A stretch of DNA of 64,000 nucleotides, from positions 102,672,001-102,736,000 of the forward strand of contig CM059428.1 of assembly GCA_030390025.1 (NCBI GenBank), read 5' to 3'. Below, piece by piece: positions 25,278 through 38,600 of this stretch. This DNA comes from Squalus acanthias. Lineage: Eukaryota. Under the pieces are notes generated by a model. It did no database searches. It was not told the DNA's origin and saw nothing but the letters and a program-made list of their open reading frames with translations. Position 1 is the stretch's first letter; the number at the start of each line of letters is the position of its first letter. Both the position numbers and the translations under genes were made by a program.

Positions 25278-26551
25278 ATGGGAACCATTGATTTCCTTTC
25301 ATCCTGGACCTCAGATTCAGACGAAGAGCAGCCGTGGCAACAGCAGAACCAGGATCAACAGCAGCAACAGCAGCAGCAACAACAGGAGCGCCAACCTGCT
25401 GCTCACCCACCTGATAGTGCACAGGGCAGAAGGCGCCAGCGCATGGAAGCACGTCGCTGCAGGAGATACCCCCAAAACAGGGTTTATAGGATGAGGATGA
25501 GCTTCCTCAACATGAGTGAGCAGCAGTGCCAAAGGAGGCTGAGACTTTCGCGAGAGGTAGTCGGTGACATTTGCACAATGCTGCACCAACACCTGGAGCC
25601 CAGAGGAGCAGGTGGACACCCCTTACCAGTGACTGTCAAAGTCACCACCGCACTCAACTTTTTTGCTTCAGGCTTCTTCCAGGGATCATCAGCAGACATC
25701 AGCGGCATCTCCCAGTCGGCCACACACACTTGCATCAATCAGGTTAATGATGCCCTCTTCGCAAAGGTGCACAATTACATACACATCTCCATGGATCAAG
25801 CAAGTATAACCACGCGTGCGGTTGGCTTTGCAAATATGGCAGGCTTGCCAAGGGTGCAGGGCGTCATAGACTGCACACATGTGGCCCTTAAGGCACGCCA
25901 TCACAACCCAGCTCTTTTTGTCAACCGCAAGGGCTTCCACTCCCTCAACATGCAGTTGGTGTGTAACCACAAGAAGGACATTTTGCATGTTTGCGCCAAG
26001 TACCCTGGCAGTGGCCATGACTTGTTCATCCTGCGGCAGTCTAGTGTGCCTCCGCTCTTCAATCCGCCAAACCAACTTTCGGGATGGCTACTTGGAGACA
26101 AGGGCTATCCCCTGAAGACGTGGCTAATGACACCATTCAGGAGGCCATCCAACGAAGGTGAGGAACACTACAACTCCAGCCACATTTTGACCAGATCCAT
26201 CATCGAGCAAACCATCGGCTTGCTGAAGATGCGATTCAGATGCCTTGACAGATCAGGTGAGCCCTGCAGTACTCAGCAGCCAGGGTCTCCAGAATCATCG
26301 TGGTCTGCTGTGCGGATTGAAGAGTGGAGGCACACTAGACTGCCGCACGATATCACACAACATCGTGGCTTGCAGCTGACTGAGAACAAGTGGCTCAGTG
26401 CATAGCCTCCTCAGAAGAGGAGGAGGAGGATGATGATGAGGAGAACGAGAACGAAGATCTTGCGGATGCGCATCAACCAGCTGCAGCAGCACGCGAGCAC
26501 ATTGCTGCCCGGGATGCAAGGGATGCACACATCATGGCCAGATTTGCTTAA
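25278..26551 (+). pseudogene. Harbinger transposase, frameshifted near the C-terminus
   Basis: Motifs [35 protein letters not shown] and [21 protein letters not shown] frameshift at about 26260 and an inverted insertion at about 26312 follow; N-terminal polyQ. Confidence 0.9.
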
Positions 26552-26820
26552 GTTGCCCATTCAAACACATGTGCCTGGCACCTTCTTACCACATCACAGA
26601 TAATGGACAAGAACCTGTGGCTTCCTATCACACTGACCACCATCATGACAAATTCAATTCGCCCTGAGCCCTCAATGTGCAACTTCCATTTCTGAAATGA
26701 CAGAGTCCAGAACTTCAACAGTTTGCCATCATTTCATTTTAATACATTGACTAAAGGATGGCATTTAACAATTAAACACAACAGGACACCCAAGTGACTA
26801 CCCTTGTGACTACTTGTGCT

Positions 26821-28795
26821 TTATCTTCCTCTTACGCATGCTCCTACGTGGTGCTTCCCCTGTGGCTTCAGCAGATGTGGAGGCCCCTTCTCACTTTCAT
26901 GCTGCTCCTGCTTCGACACCTTTGGCGGGTGTCCTCTGGGGTTGCGAGCCTGTGAGGGTTCGCCAACAGTCTGCTGCTCCTGCGGCTGTGCAGAGGCTGA
27001 GACGCCTATCTCAGTTGGGTGAGGACTCTGGTGGGGCCCTGACCGAGGCCTCCGCAGTGGCATGGGAGTGTGAGCGCTTGGAGAGGAGCCCCCACTTCCT
27101 TGTTCTCTGCCACCAACATCCCTCTCATGGGTCAGTCCCACTTCAGAGCTAGCGAGTGGCTTGACAGCACCTTGCTGCACTTCAGGGGGGCCATGAGGAC
27201 CTGTTTCTGCACTGGAAGTCCTACTCCAGAGGACTTCCATGAAGATTTGGTTTCTCTGATCAATAGCTGTCCATCGCTCCTCCAGAGATGTCGGTCTATT
27301 CTGAACATTCACCATGTTTTCCACACTCTGGCGACTTAGCTCCTCCATGGCTGTAGCCATCCTCTCCTCTACCATAGCCATCCTTTCCACGGAGATAGCC
27401 ATCCTTTCCATGGAGGTTGCCATCCTTTCCACGGTGATATGTTCATGCGCCAATGCCTCCACAAAGGCTCTGCTCATGTTCGCGATGGACTCCTCCATTC
27501 GCTCCACACTCACAGCGACCCTGGAGACAAAACCTGCCAGAGACTCCTGCACCTGTTCCTGGAGTTCCAGCACCGCTCTCCTTCTGGATGGATCCGGAGG
27601 CACAGGGTCGACATGCAGCTGAGCCGAGCTGACAGAGTTCTGCACCCTCCGACGAGGACTCTCCACTGCTGTCCCTGTCTCCACCATCTGTTGATGCTCA
27701 CTTGTGAGCTGTGATACACCAGGTGACAACACTACTCTATGTCCCGAAGGTCCCACTGAGGTGTGCGTATCTGCACTGGTGCTGGGTGCACTTAATTCTG
27801 TTGACGCTGCGCCCTCAGAGGATGCAGGTTCCCCTGAGGAGTCTTCTGGTTCAGGCTGTTCCTCCTGGACAGTGGGGAGGGGGGCTGTCGATGGTCCTGT
27901 GGGGAAGTAAAGGCATGAGTTAGACATGTGATATAAACGTAGTATGCACATGGAATAGTGCAGATGATCATAAGTCAATCTGTTTGAGCATCAGAAGCCA
28001 TATCAGTCACTCATGCAATGTAAATGAGAGAGATGCAAATCTATTCTGTCACCAGCTTGCTCTGATGCGCCCGTCTGTCCGTCCCCCACTTCCACATCCT
28101 CCTCGGTGCCAATGATCTCTAGGGCCGCCTCCTCTGCGCTGGTAAGGTGGGCTATTGAGGGTGGCCCTCCTCCTGTCCTCGCCCTTTCCCTCTAGTTGTG
28201 GGCTCGCTTTTCCTGCAATGAGGGACACAAGTGGAGTTTGAGTGAGAATGAAGGAGTGAGCGTAGAGAATCCATAGCATAGGTGCTTAGAAGGACACAAA
28301 GATGGAGTGAGGTCCCAATACTAAGGGCCCTCCCTGTGTGTTGTTGTTGTTGTCATAGCATGACAGTGATAGGGAGTGTGAGGGTAGCATAGTCAAATAG
28401 TTAAGTGATTGTGTACATAGAGAGTGAGGGAATGGTTAAGGGTGCAAGGGATGTAAGGGTAAAGTGGGATGTGTAGGAGTACGTTGACAATGCAGAGTGA
28501 TGGTGCTGAGAGGAGATGGGGAGCAGAATGAGGGTAAAGGTGATGCTATACTCACTTTGCCTGTTCAGACAAGGTCATTGAACCTCTTTCGGCACAGCAG
28601 CCAGGTTCTGCTGCACATCGATCTGGAACTGACCTCCTGGGCAACTTGCAGCCACACAGCTTTGGTCTGCTGGGGAGGTTTTTTCCTCCCAGAGGATGGA
28701 AACAGCACCTCCTTTTGTGCTCTGGCTCCCTCCACCAGAGCATGGAGTGAGTCATCATTAAAGCGTGGCGAGGCCTTGGGCCTTGAAGTCGACAT
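26821..28795 (-). pseudogene. Harbinger Myb/SANT-like gene: exons 28556-28795, 28053-28212 and 26821-27896
   Basis: Exon 1 reads MSTSRPKASPRFNDDSLHALVEG...WLQVAQEVSS...RTWLLCRKRFNDLV* with a premature TGA. Canonical GT-AG introns and a long open exon 3 with heptad-like repeats. Confidence 0.85.
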
Positions 28796-29335
28796 TCCAC
28801 TAGCTCCAAACACTATTATGAAGAGAAGCAATCACAAGCATATTGGCTGAAAATGAACCAAGGCTGCTTGGAGCCCTTAAATGCAGCTAGAAAAATGACG
28901 TCATCAGAGGCGAGTTTCAGGCCCAAAAAACGAATTGGGCCAGGGGTGCGCACACGCTGGGAATCAATTGGCTAATTAGGGCAAAATCGCTAAACAAGCC
29001 CGCCTGACAGCGAAGGCGGGACCCGCCGACCACCTGACCCGCCCCCAACCCGCCACCAATGGCAAAATCGAGTCCACAATGTCTACTGGATTTCCCACAT
29101 CCACTATCCTAGTGGCTTCCTCAAAGAACTCGACCAAATTTGTACGACATGACCAATTTTTCCAGAAGCCGTGCTGTGTATTTCTAATGACCCTCTTCCA
29201 TTTCCCAGTGATCATTTGGGCAACTCTTTTGATCCCTTCGAGCATCTTCCCAAAAATGGATGTCAGACTGATAGGCCTTTAGTTCCCTGGCTCTGGCTTG
29301 TCCCCTTTAATTGAATGTAGGAACTAAATGAGCTA

Positions 29336-31028
29336 CACGAGCATTCGCAACCATCTTCAGCCAGAAGTGCCGAGGGAATGATCCATCTTGGTCTCCTCCT
29401 GAGGTCCCCACCATCACAGAAGCCAGTCTTCAGCCATTTCAATTCACTCCATGTGATATCAAGGAACGGTTGAACGCGCTGGATACAGCAAAGGCTATGG
29501 ACCCAAGAACATCCCGACTGTCGTGCTGAAGCCTTGTGCTCTGGAACTAGCTGCATCTCTAGCCAAGCTGTTCCAGTACAGCTACAACACTGGCATCTAC
29601 CCAATAATGTGGAAAACTGCCCAGGTATGTCCTGTCCACAAAAAGCAGGACAAATCAATCCGGCCAATTACCACCCCATCAGTCGACTCTCAATCATCAG
29701 CAAAGTGATGGAAGGTGTTGTAGACAGTGCTATCAAGCAGCACTTACTCACCAATAACCTGCTCACTGAAACTCAATTTGGGTTCCGCCAGGACCACATG
29801 GCTCTAGACCTCATTACAGCCTGGGTCCAAACATGGACAAAAAAGCTGAATTCCAGAGGTGAGATGAGAGTGACAGCCCTCAACATCAAGGCAGCATTTG
29901 ACTGAGTGTGACATCAAGGAGCCCTAGTAAATCTGAAGTCAATGGGAATCAGGGGAAAAACTCTCCACTGGCTGGAGTCATACCAAGCACAAAGGAAGAT
30001 AGTTGTGGTTGTTGGAGGCCAATCATCTCAGTCCCAGGACATCACTGCAGGAGTTCCTCAGGGCAGTGTCCTAGGCCCAATCATTTTCAGCTGCTTCATC
30101 AATGACCTTCCCTCCATCATAAGGTCAGAAGTGGGGATATTCGTTGATGATTGCACAGTGTTCAGTTCCATTCGCAACTCCTCAGATAATGAAGCAGTCC
30201 GTGCCAACCTGCAACAAGACCTAGATGACATTCAGGCTTGGGCTGATAAGTGACAAATAACATTTGCGCCACACAAGTGCCAGGCAATGACCATCTCCAA
30301 CAAGAGAGAGTCTAGTCACCTTCCCCCGACATTCAATGGGATTACCATCGCCAAATCCTCCACCATCAGCATCCTGGGGGTTACCATTGACCATAAACTT
30401 AACTGGATCAACCCATAAATACTATGGCTACAAGAGCAGGTCAGAGGCTGGGTATTCTGTAGCGAGTGACTCACCTCCTGACTCCCCAAAGCCTTTCCAC
30501 CATCTACAACGTGATGGAATACTCTCCAATTGCCTGGATGAGTGCAGCTCTAACAACACTCAAGAAGCTTGACACCATCCAGGAGAAAGCAGCCCACTAA
30601 TTGGCACCCCATCCACCACCTTAAACATTCACTCCCTCCACCACCGGCTCACCATGGCTGCAGTGTGTATCATCTACAAGATGCACTGCAGCAACTTACC
30701 AAGGCTTTTTCGACAGCACCTCCCAAACCTGTGACCTCTACCACCTAAAAGGACAAGGGCAGCAGGTGCATGGGAACGCCATCACCTGCAAGTTCCCCTC
30801 CAAGTCACACACCATCCTGACTTGGAAATATATCGCCGATCCTTCATCGTCACTGGGTCACAATCCTGGAACTCCCTCCCTAACAGCACTGTGGGAGTAC
30901 CTTCACCATATGGACTGCAGCAGTTCAAGAAGGCGGCTCACCACCACCTTCTCAAGGGCAATTAGGGATGGGCAATAAATGCTGGCCTTGCCAGCGATGC
31001 CCACATCCCATGAACGAATAAATGAAAA
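29336..31028 (+). mobile_element. 5'-truncated CR1/Jockey-group LINE (second family)
   Basis: RT motifs QFGFRQDH, GVPQGSVLGP and FVDD; A-rich tail; TSD AGCTA at 29331-29335 and 31029-31033. Closely similar to 42350-45098. Confidence 0.88.
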
Positions 31029-32504
31029 AGCTAGCTTCCAGTCGAAGGGAACTATACCGGACTATATTGAAGATATGGGGAAGGGGCTTACAGAGCATCT
31101 GTCCCATTTCTTTAATCACCCTTGTTTGGACATTATCCGGACCAGGAGCCCTATCAATTTTGAGCTTTCCTAATCTATCCAACATGACAGTATTATCTAT
31201 TTTAATATTAATAATGCTATTCAATACAGAACACGCCCCATTTGGAATATAAGAATCATCTACATAAGTATAGACTGATGTGAAATAGTCATTCAGCAGC
31301 TCTGATATTACCTGAAAATCAGTTTGAATATGTCCTACAGTATCCTTCAGTGGTCCTATATGATCCTTAATGGTCTTCTGACTCCTGACATAGCTGAAAA
31401 AGCTTTTGCTATTACTGTCACAATTGCACACCATCTTCTTTTCCAGAGATCTCTTGGCTACCCTTATGGCTGTTTTTGTCTCCCTCAATTGCATGTGATG
31501 CTTGTCCCTGTTCTCCTGCGAGTTAAATTCCTTAAGTGTGTAGAATGTCTTCTGTTTGAATCTGATTTGCCTCTGAATGTTCCTGGTCAACAATAATGGT
31601 TTTGTTTAGCCATGTGCCCTTCTTTTAACCCTTGGGACATACATGGCTTCATTTCTATTTGAGTCATTCTCTTTCTATTTGCAGAGAAAGAGAGAGAAGG
31701 GAGAAATATTAACCACATATATGGCAGCCAGCAATGGTGTATGAAATGTGATTTTATTTCTCGTTGGTTAACGGACCTGCCAGATTCACTCATTCGGAGA
31801 GTGAATCACTCATTTCGATTTAAAAGTACAATCTATTTTGTTGTAGGCCACTCTTGAAAATAAAGAAAAATATGTTTGAATGAAATCACACTCTGCAACT
31901 TTTGATCATCATAAATGTAATTCCTAACATTTCTCTGCTGTTAACGGCACTGTAGTTAAAAGGCTATGTTCATTTGTGGTGCACATGCAGAGGGGTCAGG
32001 TGGGCTGAAAGGTTTTCTCACATTCCTAATTTTTTTTATGTTCACCTATCTAAAAATGAAGTACTGCTGTGAGCCATCGTATTGCCTCTATTTATTTCTT
32101 AAAAGCAGTAAAGCAAATCACAGTTAGCACACAGGCATTGCACTCAATGGGAGTTAATGTTTTTGTCCTTTTTAGCCAACCTGCCTCTATGTGGTTTCTT
32201 GAAGCTCAGGTGCGCTACAAAATTCACAACTTCATAGCCAATCAGAAAGCAGCTGAGAGTACTGTTCAACGAGCTAAAAAAACACTTCACCAGGATATAG
32301 AGTGCATTGTGGGCTAATCCAGCTGTGCCATACACAATTTCTGTGAGAAATAGAAGGAACTAGCAGAAGGCATGAAGCAAGATTGACAGATCCAGCCCAG
32401 CAGATGGTAGTCGGCGACATGAGGACACATCAAAGTGCTCCTTTGGGAGTGGAGTGGCAAGGCACCAATGACCAGAGGGCATGGGAAGCCATCACAAAAG
32501 AATT

Positions 32505-33420
32505 ACATAGAAATTACAACACGGATACAGGCCATTGGCTCAATGAGTCCGAGTGGTTGTTTATCCTCCACATGAGCAGGAGTCCTAATCCCATGTGTCC
32601 GACTTGTTCCCATATCCCATTATTCCCCTTTCCTTCAGCCACCTTTCTAACTTATTTTAATAGTTGACATGGTCTCTGATTTAATCACTAACTGAGGTAA
32701 TGCCTCACAACCCTCTCCATAAAAAATGTCTCCTGCTTTTTGTTCAACATCTCTTACATTTAATCTTTCGTCTACATCCCTTTGTTCTATTTCCTCAACC
32801 ACTGGAAACAGTTTGTTTCTGTCTACAAGTCCTATTCTTGCATAATATTAAATATTTCTATCAAATCACCTCATAATCTCCTCTGTTCTCATGAAAACAG
32901 CCTCAATTTTTCTATTGAACCTGTGCAGTACCCCCTCTACATCCTTCCTATAGTGTGGAGCCATGCTATTCCACCATCTTATCAATATCCACTTGCAGCT
33001 TCCTTTGGTCCTCAGAATTATTTATTATGCCTCTTATTTTGATATCATCTGTAAATTTGGATATCACTCCATCTGGCCTTATATCAACATCATTGATGTA
33101 CACGATGAAGGGAATCGGTCCCAGAACAGAACCCTATGGTACACAACTACCCACTTCCAACCATTCTGAGAAACTGCCCTTAACTCCTACTTTTTGCTTT
33201 CTCCCTTCTAACCAGTTTTTAAACCAATTTGCTACCATCCCCCTAATTCCAGACCTCTTCATCTTCTCCAATCGTCTCTATGTGATACATTGTCAAAGGC
33301 TTTCTAAAAGTCCATGTACACTACAACCACTGCTTTTACCCCATCCACCCTATCTCTCATCTCCTCAAAGAACTCCATCAGGTTTGCCAAGCACAAGCCG
33401 ATCCCTGCTCATTTTGTTAT
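32505..33420 (-). mobile_element. Old CR1 LINE 3' fragment
   Basis: Minus strand shows VPxGSVLGP-like and F.KAFD-like RT motifs, with a CR1-type 3' tail near 32505. Confidence 0.7.
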
Positions 33421-34189
33421 CTATTTTTATACTATCGATTGCAAACATGCCTTTTCAGGATCATTTGTGTGCAGATTTGACACCAGGTAGGTAGTATTTA
33501 GTATTATTGTTTAGTAAAATGTAGGGGCCCCAAACTGAACCTTTGCATGGGCCTCTTGCAAGGCAAACACTGCTCTGGCAAACAAGCCTCATCACAGCAA
33601 TCAGGATTATTATCACTTTGTGCTTATATCAACCCAAAAACACACACTGCAAAGGCTTTTACTGATTTAGAAGAGGAAGCACAGTGTGTCATTTCTCTTG
33701 GCTGTGGAAGGGACACAGGTAGTACCTGAAGAATGATTGGCTGTTGCTGCATGCAGGCCCAGAATTGCCATCAGACCTCTTGGGTTGCTTTATAATTCCT
33801 AACTCACAAGGCCAGTTTTGAAAGAAAGGATACTTCATGAGCATTATGCAGGAAAGGGACATGTAAATAGAAACAGTCACTTGCCTTCTTAGGATTATGG
33901 TGTTGCAAACTGGGCTTACCACACTTTTAGATTCCACTTATCTCTTCTGCATTGTGGTAACACAAGAGTTGATTCTGGTCTGTAGCTGCTCAGTGGCAGT
34001 CCACCATTTTTATTACTGGGAAAACTGGTCTTTTGTCAAATAGGCGGTTGAGAATGTCATCAAATTGATGGATATATTTGCAAAAACAAACGTGGTAATT
34101 CTAGTCATGCTACAGGTAGTTGCATTGTGCAATAGTACTATTAAGCCTTGCGAGGCCTCAGGCCGATTGTGTCTCCTTACACAATGAAA

Positions 34190-35798
34190 CTTTGAGTGCT
34201 GCACTGCAACTACCAAGAACTACTTAATGGCACAGTTTTAAAGAGTGTGCAGAGAAAGAGGGACCTGGGAGTTAATGTGCATAGGCCCCTGAAGGTGGCA
34301 GGACATATTGAGAGAGTGGTTAACAAAGCATATGGGATCTTGGGCTTCATAAATAGAGGTTCAGGGCTGGATTTTGTCAATGGGAATGTGATGGAGGCGG
34401 GACTCCCACTTTTTGGGTTGTAGTCCCGCCTCCATCGACTTGTGGTCAACCCACTGTATTTTTCCTTGATTGACCTTGTTAAGCCCGCCCAGCGGGCTTA
34501 GCAGGCCAATCAAGGGTCCCTTGGATACAGGTGACGTCAGCCATTGAAATTTCACCTGTCAAGAGCTTTTGACAGATGAAATTTCAGCCTTTGACAGCTC
34601 TGTGAAGCTGTCAAACACTGACAATATGATTTCTAACGTGAGTCCCTGTACTTAGACTCAGTTAGAAATCAATCCAGCACAGAAAGCAGAGACTGCAGCT
34701 TTTGACAGCTCCGCGGCCATTCTGCTTTCTGTGCCGGTGAGCTGAGGGACTCCCGAGAACTGAAGGAAGGAAGCCTGCAGGACAAAGTTAAGGTAAGTAC
34801 AAGTTCTTAAAACACTTTACACACACCAAACACACTTAACTCTGCACTCATGCACCCATCACTTACCTGCACACCGAACATCTCGACCCCTCCAAGCCCT
34901 CCAGACCAACGGTCCGCCTCGCTAAATCAGCGTGGTTCGGACCTGTCGGGAAGCCCACACTTCAGGGCTAAAAATAGGGATTAGGCAAAAAACTGCCTGT
35001 TAACTACCTGTTAACAGGCAGTTTATTGGCAATAATCACCTTCCCGCCTCGGGGAGGCGGGTCCCAGCGCAGGTCGGGTACCCGCCTCCTGTGAAACTAG
35101 CATGGAGGCAGGTTGGGGGCGGGATGGGTTCGGGACCCCCGAATCTGCTATTTTAACCCCCCACACGCCTCCAAACCCGCCTCCACGGGTCAATGAAAAT
35201 TCTGCCCATTGAGTACAAAAGTAGAGAAGTTATGCTAAATCTTTATAAAGCGCTGGTTAGGCCACAACTGGAGTATTGCGTCCAGTTCTGGTCACCACAC
35301 TTTAGAAAGGATGTGAAGGCCCTTGAGAGGGTGCAGAGGAGATTTACCAGAATGGTTCCGGGGATGTGGGATCTTAGCTACAAGGACAGGTTGGAGAAGC
35401 TGGAATTGTTTTCATTAGAGCAAAGGAGGTTGCGGGGTGATTTGATAGAGGTGTACAAGATTATGACGGGTTTGGATAGGCTAGATGGGGAAAGGCTGTT
35501 CCCACTAGTTGATGGTACAAGGACTAGGGGACACAGATTTAAGGTTTTGGGTAAGAGATACAGGGGGGATGTGAGGAAAAACTTTTTTACGCAGCGAGTG
35601 GTGAGGACCTGGAACTTACTGCCGACGGAAGTGGTGGAAGCGGAGACACTCAATGTTTTCAAGGGGAGACTGGATAGGCCCTTGAGGGAAATAAACTTGC
35701 AGGGCTACAGGGATAAAGCGGGGGAATGGGACTGACTGGATTGCTTGACAGAGAGCCGGCGCGGACTCCTTCTGTGCCGTTATAACTCTACTCTATGA
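34190..35798 (+). mobile_element. CR1 LINE 3' fragment split by a MITE
   Basis: Reads RDLGV...KAYGILGFINRG | IEYKSREVMLNLYKALVRPQLEYCVQFWSP...FFTQRVV..WN, ending in a CTATG-type tail. Confidence 0.9.
34364..35207. mobile_element. Harbinger-type MITE
   Basis: TIRs GGGCTGGATTTT / AAAATTCTGCCC, the same TIR class as 24761-29075. It interrupts the CR1 reading frame; the TSD is not clean. Confidence 0.82.
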
Positions 35799-36319
35799 AG
35801 ATAAGCATGATTGTATTTATAAACAGGTTTTAATTTATTTGCTTTGTCATACCAAACAAAATTAATAACAAAAATTGTGTAAAACATCTAATGATAACAA
35901 AAAAACAGTTTAAGTCTATTAATGAACAATTATATTGAACACATTTGATTTCTGTTGCCATTCCATTTTGTGATATTGATGGTAGACTCAAACCAGCCTG
36001 AGACAGCACTAGGTGGCACTCTAAGCACAGAAATTTGAATTTAAACACAAGAGCGAGCCAAAGGGTGCAGTTATACTGCGAAACGGTTTCTGCTTTGCAG
36101 CGACACAATAGTGACTATCGATCCAACCTGACTCCAGAGTGGAGTGGTGTGAGGCCCTCTTAAACCCCTTGGGTTTGATACTGCATGCAGTATAACTCCA
36201 GTGCAGTATAAAGCGCGGTTTAAAAAGCGCTCAGTGATCGTGGAGCTTTGTACACGCACATGCCTACAGAGCTGTCTCTGGACCAGAAGAATTTGACTTG
36301 GAGCCAGACTGTATAAACA

Positions 36320-37630
36320 AGTCTGGATCCACCCAGGACTACAGATATCTCCAAGATATTCAGCGTTCCTCGAACCACTGCTCTCGCCGTATCCTGAGAT
36401 CCACGCTGAATGCCATGCGACGCCACATGAACACTCTCGACCTCTCTCTTCAGCAGCACCGACTCACTCTATCTCAAAGCTGTCCTGGTCCGCAGTTCCA
36501 TTTCATCCTTCGCCTCATCCGGCGCTTTAACAAAAAACTTTTTTTCTTCCTTTCAGGTGTCAAGGATCGCAAGCTTCAACAACTCTTGGACACCAACGCC
36601 CTTCCGGAACCTTCTTCCCCTTCACTTTCCTCTGACCCCCCTTCTCCCAATCTCACCCCCTGCCGCGTTTTCACTATCCCCTCTGACCTTCCCCTCTCTG
36701 ACCCTGAACGATCAGTCCTTAGCAAAGGCCTGAGCTTCATCCCCTTACGCCCCCACCTCAATGAATTTCGAGCTCGGCACGATGCTGAGCTCTTTTTCCG
36801 CCGCCTTCATCTCCGTGCCCACTTCTTTGGCCAGGAGTCTTCCCCCCGCACGGCTGACCCTTTCTCCCGCTTTCAGAATTCTCGTTCTACCTGGACCCCT
36901 CCCTCTGGCCTCTTACCCTCTCTAGATCTTTTCGTTGCTAACTGCCGCCGTGACATCGGCCATCTCCATTTCTCTGCTCCCCTCACTCACTCCAGCCTAC
37001 CTCCCTCTGAACTTGCAGCACTTCATTCTCTCAGATCCAACCCTGACATTGTCATTAGACCTGCTGACATGGGTGGTGCTGTTGTTGTTTGGCGAACAGA
37101 AATAGACAGTTTCCTAGAAGTAAAGGGAATTAAGGGTTACGGGGAGCGGGCAGGAATTTGGACATGAGTCTAGGTTCGGATCGGTCATGGCCCTGTGGGT
37201 AGCGTAGTGGGCCCAGGGGCCGTGTAGCCTGATCCTGCTCCTATTTCGTGTGTCCAATTCTGTTGGGTTCAGGAGATGGTTCTGTGATAGTAGATTGGCG
37301 GTTAGGATCAGATCAGCCATGATCTTATTGAATGGCGGAGCAGGCTCGAGGGGCCAATTGGCCTACTCCTGCTCTTATTTCTTATGTTCTTATGTGTTCT
37401 TATGAACCGACCTCTACCTAGCGGAAGCTGAACGCCAACTCTCCGACACCTCCTCCTACCTCCACCTGGACCATGACCCCACTACCGAACATCAAGCCAC
37501 CGTTTCCAAGACTGTCACTGACCTCATCTCCTCTGGAGATCTTCCCCCCACGGCCGCCAACCTCATAGTTCCCCAACCCCGCACAGCCCGCTTCTACCTC
37601 CACCCAAGATCCACAAACAGGACTTGCCCC
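36320..37630 (+). mobile_element. Penelope-like retroelement ORF fragment (N-terminal part of RT)
   Basis: Motifs LSDPERSVLSKGLSFIP, ELFFRRL.LRAHFF and NPDIVIRPADMGGAVVVW. After the CR1 insert it continues YLAEAERQLSDTSSY...RFYL.PKIHK. Confidence 0.85.
37098..37403 (+). mobile_element. CR1 3' end inserted in the Penelope ORF
   Basis: Reads EIDSFLEVKGIKGYG, then a 3'UTR stem-loop and (TTCTTATG)n tail; short GAAC duplication at the junctions. Confidence 0.8.
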
Positions 37631-38340
37631 ACGGAACTTACACCCCATGCCTTCTTTAAAATCCTCTTTATGTACGAAAATTAAAGTTTGAAGCCGTCAA
37701 ATCATCATTTAGGCACACCATATGAAAACTTTACGATTTTTAATGTGACTCATTCTGATGATATAAAAATGCCTTCAAAGATACAGAAAATACAGTGCTG
37801 GTCTCAATTAGAAGAATTTTAAAAATCACTTAACTAAGTTGCGATAAAACACCAGAAATATGATTATGCACTGTACCAAAAACCATATTCATGATCAAAC
37901 CCGCACTCTGCAAACTGGAGAATCACATTACATCTTCAATATCTGGTGATGTAGCAGATTGCAGAAGTTTACAGAACATAACTACTCCTTCTTGGATTTA
38001 CAAAATATTAAAAAAAACAATCCTTTATTATTCCTGCAGTAAATACCAGACCTGTAATTCCCTTAGCAAATATTGGACCCATCGCCCAAGTGCCTAGATT
38101 CGCAGCCATCATATGTGAATGTGTGAACATGCAACTTTGTGTAGGCAGCATATTTAGTATTTGATTCTTATCACATTTTATGGGCCACAGAACAAACGCA
38201 TTGTGATGACAGCAATGCAGAGTGCTCGGTAAAAACCTATGCCTTTGGCAGAGTGCTGTACATTCTCCTTCAGGCTTACAGGGCAGTGCTGTTATGAATT
38301 GTAAGGTAGCATTGTTAAATTATGCAAAGTGTGAGCACGC

Positions 38341-38600
38341 TTACCATGGCAACCATGCATAGTCAGCACATTTCTTCCTCACCTGTTTCCAGGTTTGGGC
38401 CACAGGTGAGACACCATTAATCCCTGCAACTTCCACCAACACTGCTCTGATCGTACCCTTGATTGGAAAATGCCTCTCTGCTGCAAAAAGACGCATCCTT
38501 TTCTGTAGCACTTCCTGCAGTGGCACCTCTGAATCAGCACCTCGGGATGATTCTGTTCTGCCTCTGCGCCTTGCTTCTATCATTTTTAAATATTGGAGCA
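38341..38600 (-). mobile_element. Decayed Harbinger Myb/SANT remnant
   Basis: Translates ...VEVAGINGVSPVAQTWKQVRKKCAD, the Myb/SANT-like W.Q.RKK.D motif. Confidence 0.55.

Larger units (their letters stand above)
24761..29075 (+). mobile_element. Second Harbinger/PIF transposon (different family), near full length
   Basis: TIRs GGGCTGGATTTT / AAAATCGAGTCC; TSD ACA at 24758-24760 and 29076-29078; convergent transposase and Myb genes. Confidence 0.92.
23965..31660 (-). mobile_element. Decayed CR1 LINE (pieces 23965-24760, 29079-29335, 31034-31660) split by two younger insertions
   Basis: RT motifs QHGF..NWSCRTNLVEFFE, VDIV|YLNFQKAFD (split at the Harbinger insertion), LYRSLVR.QLEYCAQFW and APGPDN. 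Confidence 0.85.

Noticed and set aside
36060-36320. CpG-richer segment with short inverted motifs (GCAGTTATACTGC, GCAGTATAAC) before the Penelope ORF
   Set aside because: No consistent ORF, termini or TSD identified.
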